Below the pieces are notes generated by a model, which saw only the letters and a list, made by a program, of their open reading frames with translations, did not search any database and had not been told where the DNA came from. From Chrysemys picta bellii (taxonomy: Eukaryota): DNA of 64,000 nt. The stretch spans positions 23,746,001-23,810,000 of the forward strand of contig NC_088810.1 in the NCBI RefSeq assembly GCF_011386835.1, given 5' to 3'. How positions within the stretch are numbered: position 1 is the first letter of the stretch; each line of letters starts with the position of its first letter. The position numbers and the translations under genes were made by a program. Below are positions 20,723 through 33,677 of the stretch, in pieces.

Positions 20723-22086
20723 CTACTTATATTTCAGCAAAGCATCGTTGTAAATCATGGCCAAGGCACCTAGGAAAGTGACGTACTCCTGGAAGTTGAC
20801 TTCCTGGTCCTTGTTCCGGTCCAGGTCCTCCATGAGCCCAACAATTTCAGCATCCTTCAGTTTCTAGAGCCAGAGGAAAGCACAGAAGCCAATCACAACC
20901 CAGGGAGGGGACAGTCTGGGTTCCAGGTGCACTGGGGGCGGGGGGTACATCGGTGCAGGGTTTAACATTTCCCAGAAGCCTCCTTTCCTGGCCCACAATT
21001 GCTGCTATGAGAGGAGAGCTTTTGGTGGTTGGGTTTAGCGTGCAGGTGCTGGGGGAGGGGGGAATAGAGGGAGGGGGCTGGTGGCCCCTGCTATACAAGA
21101 AGTCCGCCTAGATGATCTGGTGGCTGTTCCCGCCTTCCACTCTATGACTAACACGGTGACTTGGGACCCCCCATAGTTTCTTCCCGTCATTTTTTGTTGT
21201 GTAAAGTGCAAAAGACGCCCGAACAGCCTGGTACACACTGGGTGTCGCCGAGCAGGGAGGCCTGAGAGCCCCCTGAACCTGGGGGCAGTTGCCTACGGCT
21301 CCTGGGGGGCACCCTGACAGCTGGGGATTGCTAAGTGCAGCGGCACTCTGGCCGCACACACCCCCTTCACCCTGCTTGTCCCCCGAGAGGGTGACACAGG
21401 AGCGGACTACACTAGATCTACACCCACACCCGGGGAATTCTTAGCCGAGGAGATTTGCCAGCTTTGTAGCAGTCACAGTGATGCAGCAAGGGAGGAACAA
21501 GAGGGGGCTCTGGCCACAGGCTGCAATATTTCTGCCTTCACAGAGAGCTGCGAAGATCTTCAGGAGGGGCTGTGGGTAAGGGCTCTGGAGTGGGACTTGG
21601 GGACGCAGGTTCTGGTCCCAGCTCACTTCCCACCTCTCGCCCCTCCTATGCTTGGTCTAGTTCGGTTGTGAGCGTTTCAGGGCAGGGGTTCTCGTTTGTA
21701 CAGCACCTAACACAACAGAGTCCCAACCCTGCCCGGGGCCTCTCTGCACTAACGTAATGCAAACAACCCTAACGCGTCTCCTTCACTCACAGCGGAGCCG
21801 GCTGCAATCAACAGGGAGCTGGCCTGGGTCACTAATGTGCTTACGACGATAACAAGAACAGAGGATGGACTTTTCTGGGGGCTGATTTTCACCCAGTCCA
21901 ACATGCAAATCCTCAAACACCTGCGACCCCGTCTCCAGCCACACTCACCGCCCCAATGGTCAACTCCTTCTGGATTAGTTCCTTCAGCTCCTTCTTGCTC
22001 AGCGTGTTCTTGTCCCCTTCCTTTCCCGAGTACTTGTGGAAAATGCTGACCAAGAGCCCGATGGCCTGGTCCAGAGGTGCGGCCAT
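20723..22086 (-). CDS. S100A6: S100A6 (calcyclin), 92 aa; join(22086..21949,20863..20723)
   Basis: [46 protein letters not shown] | [46 protein letters not shown], close to mammalian S100A6 as recalled. GTGAG donor 21948-21944, TAG acceptor 20866-20864, AATAAA 20666-20661. Confidence 0.96.
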
Positions 22087-22899
22087 CTCTGCAGGTCTGT
22101 GGTGGGTAGATCTGAGGGGAGCGAGGAGAAGACAGTCAGTGAGCGAGGCCAGGACACGGAGCCTCGGGGGAACTGAGGACCCGTTCTGGAAACAGAACCA
22201 CTAGAACTGGAAGAGCAAAGCCTGCCCCAGAATCCCTGCCCTGGAGGGAAGAGAAGCCCAAGGAGCTGGGAAGTTTGGGGAACTCCCCCTAACTCAGCCC
22301 CGAAGGACTCTGCTCTGTGAGCCACGCCCTCCCATCCAGGGAGCGCTCCACGGCACCTGGGGCCCTTTCCCCTGGCCTCCCGCCCAGCATCTCTCAGGAG
22401 AGCCGCATAAACGTGGCATCCCCAGAAAAACGAGGGTGAGGAGTTTCTGCCCGTCTCAGCGCCCGGGGAGGGAGCCAACAGACAGCGGGCCTGGGGGGGG
22501 AAGGGACCTGCACAGACTGAGGGATGGTCTCAAATTTCCACGGACCTTGGCCTTGGTCCGCTAGGCACTGAAGTCAGCGGCCAGACCCCCGAGCAGCCGC
22601 CCCCTCCCCGCTGGCACGTTAGCCCCAGGGGGAGCGCAGCCCAGAGCCCCGTGGGGGAAGGTCAGAGGAAGAGGAAAGGCTGTAGGTGACCAGACCCCAG
22701 GGTGAGGGGCTCTGTGGCACGGCCAGAGAGACCACAGGAGGGCGACCAAGGGCCAAATTCGGTCTCCGGTCTGTGTCCTTCCTTCCATACGGGCCAAACC
22801 TGCCCCACCCGTCTGCCCCCAGCGCCAGAGGCACAGCCCCGGGGTCCCTCACTCCCGAGGGGTCTAAGCAGCAGGGGATTCCTACAGCGCCCCCCCCCC

Positions 22900-23520
22900 C
22901 CCCCCGCCTCTTTCCATGCAAGGGGGGCCCGGAGCCCGGTTGTACAGCGAGATGCGGGATAAAGCGGGGGCGGGGGAGGGGTCCAGTGTTTCCCCGCCCG
23001 TTTCCACAAGGGGTCGCCAAACCCGACGCGTTGGGCTGTGGCGCAGAGACTTGGCCACAGACCGGGAGTCGCTCAGCCCCGCCCGGCTCCGGCGGAGTTT
23101 TCCTCCCTCTGCACCGAGCCGGGCCGGAGGGCGCAGATCCCGCGCAAGAGGAGCGCAGATCCCGGGCGCAGCCGCTTGTTTGCTTGCGAGGCGCCCGGCG
23201 CGCAGTGGAGCGGAGCCGGGCTCGGGCTGCGCGGAGCTGCGCACCGTGTGAACACGGATCGGGCAAGCCCCGGGGGCTGCCGAGCTCAAGGGAACGGACC
23301 CGGACCCGGGGGCTCAGCTGCGTGCAGGGAGGGGGAGCCCCGCGCCCCCCGCCAGAGCCGGGGCGGGAGGAGAGGCACGAACCGGACTCACCAAGACAAC
23401 GGAGCGGGCTGCGGGTGCGAAGGAGGCGTGGGGCTGGGGTGAGGGAGCCGCCCGCGGGCTGCCGTTATATAGCGGGCCGGAGCCCAGCCCAGCAACCCTG
23501 CCCACTGCCCAGAGGAGAGG
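22900..23520 (-). promoter_or_regulatory. S100A6: CpG island, TATA box and non-coding exon 1 of S100A6
   Basis: TATATAA at 23471-23465 and GTGAGT donor at 23391-23386 give exon 1 ~23440-23392. Dense CpG and GGGCGG motifs around it. Confidence 0.75.
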
Positions 23521-24331
23521 GGGGCTGGGTGTGGCTTGGGGAGGCCACGCCCCTCTGCCCATTAGCCCCGCCCACTCATGTGGCTGCCCCCAATATGCCC
23601 TGCCCTGTACATGCCCGGGGCCCCCGCCCTGTTCCCAGCCTCACCCAGCTTAGCCCCGTTCTGCTGCAGCAAGCCATGCCGGGGTGGAGTGGGGAAGGCA
23701 AGGGGCGATCAGCAATGCTGGCAGATTCCCCCCGGGGCAAGGAGCCAGGGGCACCAGCGAGGCAGGATAGCACCAGGGGGCTGCCCTCAGTGACCCACAG
23801 GACCCCGATGAAGAGTGGTGGGAATTCCCCCAGACACACAGACCCCCCCCCGCCCACTGACCCCCAGAGCGCCGCCCATCCAGCCGCAGGACAGTCATCT
23901 CCCAACCCAGCTCCCTCCCGGGAGCCTGGAAACCAGCCAAGGCCTAGGGTGTGTTGTTATTACAGTTCCAGGTGCCCTTGGGGCCATGACTGAGATCAGG
24001 GCCCCACCCACATCCTCAAAGGGACCCACTGGGAGTCAGGCACCTAAATAACGAGGCTCTGGGCCATTGTGCCAGGGCCTGCAGAGACAGCCCCTGCCCC
24101 TGAAGAGTTTGCAGGCGAGATGGCTCGATATAGAGGGGCATGGGGAATGGACGGACAGACAGGCGAAGAGAAAAGAGATCTTCTAGCCTGGCTAGACGGC
24201 CCAGCACGGTGGATGGAAGGAAACACATGACACTGGGAGAACGGTGGACAGAACGCTTTTTATTGAAAGCAGCCGGACAGTGTCCAGAGCCAGGGGCTCT
24301 GGGTCCCGGTCTCAGGCCCCCCTCCCCCCAG

Positions 24332-25389
<1,058 letters not shown>

Positions 25390-27320
25390 TTAATACTTCG
25401 CTTGCCACACAGCACTTTCCAGTTTCAAAGTGCTCTCCGACCAATCGCTTCTTCTTCTGGGTAGGACCCACCAAGCTCGGGGCCCTGGGTCTAAACAGAC
25501 CCCATCCCATGTCACAGGTGGGTGACATTGGCCTATTCAAGAGACAAGCTGGGGCGGGGGAGGAGAATATCTTGGACCAACATTTGTTGGTGAGAGAGAC
25601 AAGAAGCTGGGACCTCACTAGGACGGACGTGGCTACACCACCACGGCGTCCTCTCCTGTCATCACGCCTCCTCCTTTCTGCCCAGCGCTTGCAGCGTCTG
25701 CCTGGCCGTGCCCGGTACCTGGGTAGAGCGTGTGAGCTGCGAGCGGGCTCCGGAAGGAGCGCTGATTCATGGCATGGGGAGCCAGGGTGAAGTGGAGCCC
25801 GGGTGGCCAACCACATGCTGCATTAGAGGAAGCGGCCGCCAGGTGGTTAAGCCGGTTGCATCCGGTCCCTTCCGCCATGGCCAGAACCCAGACCTGCTGG
25901 ATACAGCCGTGACAGGTGGGAAACGTGGGCACCTCATTCATATCCCCCGGGGGATGGCGCTTAGCCGTGCAGGTGGTGCTATCCACGCCTTGCCGTGGCC
26001 TGCTTCTCGGCTAGCTCACTGGTTACGGCATTGGCCTCGGGCCCAGGTGCACCAGCTTCAATCCCCCGCTCTGTCCCTGCCTCCCTGCATGACCCTGGGC
26101 ACATCCCCTCATCTCTCTGGGTCTCTGTTAATTGCCCATCCTTTGCCTGTCTTGTCTATTCAGACTGGAGGCTGTTTGGAGCAGGGCTTCTCAGTGCTAC
26201 CGTACCAAGAACATGGGAAGCTGCCTGGCAGACGGATGGTTAATAATTAAGAGCGAGGATGATGAGGAAGGTCCTGTCCAGGGCCCCAGGGCAGTTGCTC
26301 CTGCTGGCTTATCCATTTCCCTTATCATGGTGCTGGCTCATAGGAAATCAGGAGCTATAAAATACAGGGCTTGGTGCCTCAGAGCATTGCAACTCCATTA
26401 AGCCGTTAAGTGAGTAAATACCAGCAATAGCAGTTAGCCACAGGGAGGGTGCGGCCGGGCATCTTGGGGCTAAGCCCTGCCCAGAGATGCAGAGCTGTTC
26501 TGGTGACTCACCCGAGCAATCAGAGCAGGTGGGTCTGACTGGCTGGGAATTTCAAAGGCATTTAAGGGAATTCGGTATCGAATTTTGTTGTTTTCCAATC
26601 AGATCTGGGTTCCTCACTCTCTCGGTCCCCGTCCCCTTCCCATGAAAATCCCACCAACTCAGATGTTGCAAATCTCTCCAGGACAGAGGGAACTAAGGGC
26701 AGCAGCAAAGATCCTGCAGGGGGAAGCAGCCAAGCTCAGGATGAGTTAACAAGGCAGGAATCTCCCAGAGGGGGGGGGGGGAAATGCCACCATGCCCCCA
26801 GCCTTCAGTGCCAACCCGGCCTCTGGAAAATGAGCCACAGAGCATCCAGGCAAACAGAAAAACTGCTACTGTAGCAGGCCAGGAATTCCCCCTGGGAATC
26901 TCAAGCCAACATTCCCACGAGGAGTGAGGCCAGTGCTGTTACTGAGTGTGCAAAGGAGGGAGCCAAGCCACCTTCCCTGGGACCCCCAGATGGTAGTGAC
27001 GTAATCGACGTGGCCCCGTTATCTCCCAGCTCAGGAGCCGGAGCTGTGCCTGCACCAGCCAGAAAGCAGGTGAGATCAGGCGATGTCTAAGCAGCCAGCC
27101 AGGGGAGAACTGCGCCAAGGAGACTGTGCCAACGCCCAGAAGCATCTCAGAGCCAGCTCCCCTGCAGCTCAGCCCGTGCCTCCTGGAGAGTGACTGCCAC
27201 AGCTGGAGGGAGGCAGCCCCCTGGCACTGGGAATAACGGGGGGGGAGGATGCACATCTGGAGAGAGGTCTGCACAGCTGTGGCAGGGATCCCCCAGCACT
27301 GTGCCTGCAAGGGAGGGTGT

Positions 27321-27734
27321 GCACATCTGGAAAGGGGCATGCACCTCTGGCAAAAGGGCTTTCTAACACGGTGTGCCAGGGAGAGGTTTGCACATCTGGA
27401 AAGGGCTATGCACCTCTGGCGAGAGGGCTTTCTAACGCTGTGTGCCAGGGAGGGGTTTGCACATCTGGAAAGGGGCATGCACCTCTGGCGAAAGGGCCTT
27501 CTAACGCGGTGTGCCAGGGAGGGGTTTGCACATCTGGAAAGGGGCATGCATCTCGGGCGAAAGGGCCTTCTAACACGGTGTGCCAGGGAGGGGTTTGCAC
27601 ATCTGGAAAGGGGCATGCATCTCGGGCGAAAGGGCCTTCTAACACGGTGTGCCAGGGAGGGGTTTGCACATCTGGAAAGGGGCATGCACCTCTGGCGAGA
27701 GGGCCTTCTAACGCTGTGTGCCAGGGAGGGGCGT
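27321..27734. repeat. 69-bp minisatellite, 6 copies, in S100A5 intron 1
   Basis: Unit GCACATCTGGAAAGGGGCATGCACCTCTGGCGAAAGGGCCTTCTAACGCGGTGTGCCAGGGAGGGGTTT starting at 27321, 27390, 27459, 27528, 27597 and 27666. Confidence 0.95.
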
Positions 27735-27891
27735 GCGCAGCTGCGGAGAGGATCTGCTAAGCCTGGGCCCACTGCCAAGGGTGTGGCACATCTGGCGAGG
27801 GGAGGGAGAGAGAACCCACCGAGGCGGCACTCTGGAGAGTCAGTTTTTTAAAGGCCACAACAGCCAATGTTATAAAACAAAACCAACTTAC

Positions 27892-27952
27892 CAAGACGAG
27901 AGCAAAGGGAAAAGCAGAGAGTCCGGAGCAAGGTAGGCAGCTCCCTTTTATA
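27892..27952 (-). promoter_or_regulatory. S100A5: TATA box and non-coding exon 1 of S100A5
   Basis: TATAAAA at 27952-27946 and GTAAG donor at 27891-27887. The exon ends GTCTTG|GT, as S100A6 exon 1 does. Confidence 0.7.
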
Positions 27953-30942
27953 TGCTCGGAGCTCCCCGAGGGAGCCCTGGTTTCTAGCACGCCAGAGGAC
28001 CAATGGAAAGCTGATCTTGTTGCTAGGATCCTGGTTGCAACTTCCCTCCCTGCCCATTGCTCTCCAGATGTTGCTTGAACTCAGTTCTGAATTCTCCTGC
28101 ACCTGCTCTTGTGATGGCCCAGGCCTGCGGGTCAGATGGGCAAACCCCACACCTGCTGCCCAGGTGAGCCTCTGACTTGTCCCGTTCTCAGTTACACCGG
28201 TGTCAATCCAGAGTGGCTCCACTGAAGCCAAAGGAGTGACTCCAGATTCACTCAGCAGAAGCCAGTCCCTGGTGTGCAGCGACGCCTCTCGCTAACAGCG
28301 CTTGGGGGGACAATCCACCCAGGCCCAGGCGTGGAGCTGCCCGTTTATATGGGCACAGGCTGGGCCTAGGGCTAAAGGAAACAACAAGGGCCCTATCGCC
28401 CACTTCCTCGGCAGCAGCTGCTGCCTGGCACCTGCACCTGTGGTGACAGGGGATTTCCCGGTGAGCAGGATGCACAGGTGGGCGGGGGACCTGTCGCTTA
28501 GCAGACGGAGGCTGGGAGCAAGTTTGGGACGAGCGCCAGCGATGAAGGTAGCTGGAGGATGCAAAGGGCCGTGGCAAGAAGGGAAGAGCAGAGAGAGAAC
28601 TGGAAGGTTAAGGGAGGGAATAGGGGGGGCAATAACAGATTTGGGGGGCAGGGGCTCAGTGCAGAGTCGAGCTCAAAGAATTCGTGGTCGTCCGATCGCT
28701 AGGGAGGAGCAAGAGATATTGCATGGGGAAGACCTACCAAAGGCGGATCCCGTGTCCTCTCTCTGCTCCCGCCACGCTCAGGCTCTGTCGCAGAGCCAGC
28801 CCGGCTGATCAGCACCCGGGGGTGAGACGCCTCGGTGCCAGGCCATGCCCCAGCGGCCGTGTCCTCACTGGGGCTGCGCTCTCCTGCGGGTGCCGCCAGC
28901 CCGGCCTAGACCTCGGGGGCCATATCCCGTGCTAAGTGGAGCCGCTCTGATCCTTTCCCAAGGGATTGTAGGAGAAGTTGTCTGTCCTACTGGGCGCAGG
29001 ACAGGGGGGCTTGTGGGAAGGTATTGGAGGACTATCAGCAGGCCAGTGGCTTAACCTGCAGTTGCCACCCCAAGTGGAAGGAGAGCCTGGCTTGGACTCA
29101 GCTAGCCCACATCGCAAGCACCACGGAAGTGAGGGGCGAGGGTGAGCTGGGGGTAACTCTGCCGTGAAGACAGATCCTCAGGGCCCGGTTCACTGCTGTC
29201 CTGCAGCTGCCGTCGTTTGCAGCAGTGGGCATGAGACTGCCAGGTCGGCACGGTGACTTGCACACCCACTTGTGAGCACTGGTGCAAATGACGGCAGGAG
29301 GCACAGGACAATGGTGAGCCCGCCCTGGGTGTGTAACGGAGGGGGCGGGGGGCTCCCAGCCTGTCCTGACTGCAACAGGACTCAAAGGGTGTCATGTGAT
29401 CTGGGAGGTGGGCGGATGGCTCTGGATAGAATAACCAAGCCTTTGTGCTTGGCGTGCATTGCAATTACAACTAATAACAACGAGCGTCTGTCCCTGCCGC
29501 CCGGCTCAGGCAGGACAGGGCCGCGCCGCGTTGCCAGCTCCTGCAACCTGACCGGGAGTCTTGTGATTTGGGGCAGGGTTTCTTAAAGCCATGAGCTGCT
29601 GGAATCATGTGATCACCTGTGAATCCCAGCTTCCACCTACAGCACAATCAGGTGTCTCGCCCGCCTGGCTGCTAGCGTCTCTGAGACCAGAAGACAAATA
29701 AAGAGTCCTGCATTTATTTGTAAAAAGAAATCTCATGACTTTTAAAGCCCCGACTTAGCCGTGCTGCAAGCGCTCCTCCCTCCCCCCAGAACCCTGGGTG
29801 CTGAGGCGGGTCGGCCTGTCCCACCAGGCTGGCTGCCTCGGCTCCTGGAGCAAGACGGCCTGTGCCAGGAGGGGCGGATGTTTGGGGCATGGGTCTGGGA
29901 TCTTAACTGGCTTCAGCTGACGGTCATCGGTTTCCACTTCCTGCCCGCCCCCCTCTCCCCCGGGCACCCTGGGCTGCTGCTCCAGCCTTTGGAGCCGACG
30001 TGACTCGGGGTGCTGCGAGAACAGCTGGCCTCACATTGCACAAGACCCAGCCCTGGGGAATGCCCCGTGCTCGGCACTATTGCAACCCACTGAAAATGCA
30101 GCAAATTCTGTTTTATCCCAGCCGAGCCCGCCCCAGCTCGGCCCATCCCTGCCTGTTTGCTGTTCACTCAACGTGGCCAAACTCTGAGGTCCTTACTCAG
30201 GCGGCGCGCCCATCAGCCCCAAGGGCAGCTCTGCCTGGCTACCCACCGGCCACTGGGGTTGTCTGCACCTTCTCGGGGCTTCAGGGCCTGGGTTGCCGCT
30301 GTTTATTCCACATGCTGTAAGGTCACTGAGGGCCTGATCTGGGGGGAGAGGTCCATGGATGGCAGTGAGCTTCGGCTCACACCCCAAATTTAAACCCCCA
30401 CACCAAATATTCCTGAAAAATGAGGTTTTGACCCCAGACCTTTAGCAGAGACCCCTACCACACGAGCTAAAGGAGTAATTCTCTTAGCTGGTAGCAGTAG
30501 TAGGTTGTTATCCTCTATGTGCCCCAGGCTCTAGGACCGTTAGCTCTTTCTGCTGTTAACTCAGCAGGCAAAGCAACAGAGGGGAGGGGAAATATATGGG
30601 GTTCTGCAGGATTCATTTTTTGGTCATTGTTATACATCAGACCAGACCAGACTCAGAGGGCGAGGCTCAGTCACGGTTCTATTTTTGTCCATGCCTGTGA
30701 CCCTGGACAATAAAGAATCTGCCCATCAGCATGGTATCTGGGCACCAAGAAAACAAATACACCAGGGACCTTCTTTAAAGCAACCTTTATTGAAAGAACA
30801 ACAGCTTCACAATGCAGGGGCGATGGGTGACGGACAATAAGCAGGGTGCTGTCAGCAGGGCACGGCAGGGATACACCCCAGATATTGCCCCCCGGAGCTG
30901 AGTTCCTGGGGGTCTGTTCCCCGCTGCCTCCAGGGCCGGGCG

Positions 30943-32133
30943 TCACATCTTCCGTGGCATCTTGTCAGGGCAGTCCTGGAAGTCCTCATTGCACATCATG
31001 GCGACGCAGGCCAGGAAGGTCGCGTACTCCTGGAAATCCACTTCCTTGTCCCGGTTGCTATCCAGGTTGTTCATAAGCCTTTGGAAGCTGGCTTCATCGG
31101 TTTGTTTCTGCCACGGGGAGGGGAAGATAAAAAGCGAGTTTTGCGTTAAAGAGTTTGGTTCCTGAGCTGGTCCCCGGGCGGACAACTCCTCTGACCCACC
31201 ACAGCTCCCACTGCCTGGAGCAGCCGCCCGCATCTCTCGGCATCAGCAGCTTCTCATGGTGCATCGCACACTGAGTAGCTTGGGACGCAGAGAATCCCAC
31301 ATCCAGCCAAAACTAGGAAGGGTATTTAAAGAGGCAGAACATAAATGCCCAAATTAACCTCAATGGCCCAGCCAGCTAACCCCCCGGTCCTTGGGGCAGG
31401 TGCCAGGGGACCTTTAATACCAACCCCATCTGTGTGGGAAGGACCCTGCCACACCCCAGTAACAATCGCCAGCTCTCTGAGCACTGTGCCAAGGAGGTCG
31501 GTATCTTTAGCCCCATTCTACAGACAGGGAAACTGAGGCAAAGACAGGTGAAATGACGCGCCCACAGTCTCCAACAGGTTTTGAACCCAGGTCTCCTGAG
31601 TCTCACTCCAGTGGTCCGTCCGCTAGGCCTCACTGTCATCAGTGCCTCCCACAAGGAGCCACCCACATGGGCCCAATGGCAGGATCAGGGCCTCCGTTTT
31701 CCCAGCGTATCTGAGAGATACGGTAGCACACACCCCAGGCCACAGCAGTGGGCCAGGACTGGCAGAGAACAGAGCACCGACTGACTCCCCCGGTCTATCT
31801 GCTGTGTCCCGTGAACATCGCTAGCCACCTCTTCGCCCGGCTGGCGCTTGTGACGTGTCAGGAGCCTGGCCCAGGCTGGTCCCATCCCACCACAGGTGAC
31901 TGTCACTAACGCGCCCCGACCGGCTTCCCAGCTCGCGGCTCAGCCCAGCGGAGATGGGCCCAGCCCCCCAGCCGAGCCTCCGTTGCCCTTACGCTGATGT
32001 AGCTTGGCAGCTCCTTCGTGACCAGGTCCTTGAGCTCAGCCTTGTTGAGCTTGAATTTATCGCCTTCCTTCCCAGAGTACTTGTGGAACGTGGAGACCAT
32101 CGTGTCCAGAGCTCGCTCCAGGGGCCGGGCCAT
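30943..32133 (-). CDS. S100A4: S100A4 (positional ortholog), 101 aa; join(32133..31993,31107..30943)
   Basis: [47 protein letters not shown] | [54 protein letters not shown]. Same length and exon split as mammalian S100A4, between A5 and A3. AATAAA 30791-30786. Confidence 0.93.
31505..31630 (-). mobile_element. MIR/CORE-SINE-like fragment in S100A4 intron 2
   Basis: CCCCATTCTACAGACAGGGAAACTGAGGCA..TTTGAACCCAGGTCTCCTGAGTC is the reverse complement of the CORE-SINE body. Similar relics at ~3010-3100, 35510-35647, 36764-36880, 45010-45125 and 52800-52885. Confidence 0.6.
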
Positions 32134-32590
32134 CGTGCACCGCTAGCAAATCTGACAGGGAGACGAGGGATGCTTGTTAGAGGGGGGGTCCACCCCACTG
32201 GGGAGCACGAACCGGCCTGGCCAGGGCAAAGAAGTTACAGTGTAGGACGGCATGAGCTCTGCTCCGTGAGCTTAGCACGGTCTGCGTGGGTTTACCTGTG
32301 CATTGCCAGCGAGGAAAGAGACCCCAAGCCAGACAATGGGGCGAGGGGCTTCTGTTTTCATAACTGGGAGCCGGTGGTAATGGGGTGCAGAAAGCCAAGG
32401 TAGCTAGACACGGGGATCGGTTACCCCGTCGCACAGCTAGGGCCGTCTTTCCAATGAGTTTGGGCACCGTGTAGGACTTCGGCCTGGCCGAGAGGTGTTT
32501 ATGGCCAATCAGACCTTCAGAAGCCCCGTATTAACGATAACCCTCTTCCTGCATGCTACGAGCAGTATGCCTCACAGACAAGCACCTGTC

Positions 32591-32688
32591 AGGGCTGGTC
32601 TAGAAAATACTTAATCCTGCCATGAGTGCAGGGGACGGGACTAGACGACCTCTCGTCTAGCCCCTTCCAGTCCTGCAATTCTGTGATC
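32591..32688 (+). mobile_element. CR1 3' tail fragment
   Basis: GGGCTGGTCTAG..ATACTTAATCCTGCCATGAGTGCAGGGGA..GACTAGACGACCTCTCG..CCCTTCCAGTCCTGCAATTCTGTGAT. Confidence 0.75.
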
Positions 32689-33599
32689 GCTTAAACTTCA
32701 CCAGCCCATGCGGTGACCTGAGCTCAGCCCACAAAGGTGCTGAAACGTGGCTAATTATACGTCCACGCAGGTGCCATCTGCCTCCGTTAGCGGCCCAGCG
32801 CAATGTCCCACCGGTCCCAGCAGAGAGTCGCGCCCTCCTTTGGACCATGGGCTAGAACTAACTCAGGCTCGGAGGGGCAGCTCCTGATCTCCGTCGCACT
32901 GGGCTCAATCCAGGGTGACTCCACCAACTGTCCCAGGGTCTGCCCCAGAGCAGGCTCCGTCTTGTGTCAGGCCCTGCCTGCCCCGTGATGTGCCCCACGG
33001 GCAGGGCACACTGATGTGTCATTCCTTCCTGCCTCCACTGCTCTCCTACCGCCAGCACAGGCGGGGCGTTGGCTTCTGGCACTGCTGCCGAATACCAGCC
33101 CCGAGGCGAGGAGGGGAAAAACTTGGGGACAGAGGGGTGGCAGCAGGGGATGGAGAAGGAAAGCCCCATTGAGAAGAAGGGACTCTCCAGCCGCACCATG
33201 TGCATTGGCTGAGTTCAGCTGCAAGAACTGAGTCCTGGCTCCTGCCTGGAGTGAAGGGGACAGTTACTGGCCCGCGCAGAGCTGTGTCTGGAGGGGCTCG
33301 GCCGCCCCACCTCTGCAGCAGAAGAGAGCAGCGCAAGCAGCCAGATGCAAAAAGCAGCCTCTGAAATAAAGTCCGCCGGCTCGGCAGCTGCAGAAAGTCA
33401 GTGACTGGCTTTCCCTGCTGACTCACAGAAACCGTTGGCTCTGCTGCCCTCAAAGCCAGACCCCCGGTGATTGCCCAGGGAAGCCCCCCCCTCCCTCACC
33501 GCCCCGAACGCGGTGCGGCGAGGCAGACCCGAAATGCAAACTGCTGGCATCGAAGAATAATCGTAGCCGCCCAAACATCTTAGAAGAAAATAAACTTAC

Positions 33600-33677
33600 C
33601 CAGGCAACCGAACAGGAAGCCGAGCGAGGGAAGGCAGAGCCGGAGTGGAGGCTGAGTAACAGGGCTTAATATTTATA
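33600..33677 (-). promoter_or_regulatory. S100A4: TATA box and non-coding exon 1 of S100A4
   Basis: TATAAAT at 33677-33671, GTAAG donor at 33599-33595, and a CCAAT ~60 bp further upstream (33734-33738). Confidence 0.72.

Noticed and set aside
22686-23993. 435-aa ORF and overlapping ORFs
   Set aside because: Stop-poor by-product of the S100A6 CpG island; Pro/Gly/Arg/Ala-rich with no domain and antisense to exon 1.
26356-26362. Plus-strand TATAAAA as promoter of a hidden gene
   Set aside because: No downstream exon/donor structure or credible coding sequence found; lies in S100A5 intron 1.
27249-27851. New repetitive EDC-type protein gene
   Set aside because: ORFs arise from a 69-bp (multiple of 3) minisatellite. 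The Cys/Gly-rich frame lacks an ATG, promoter and polyA signal. Kept only as a low-interest finding.
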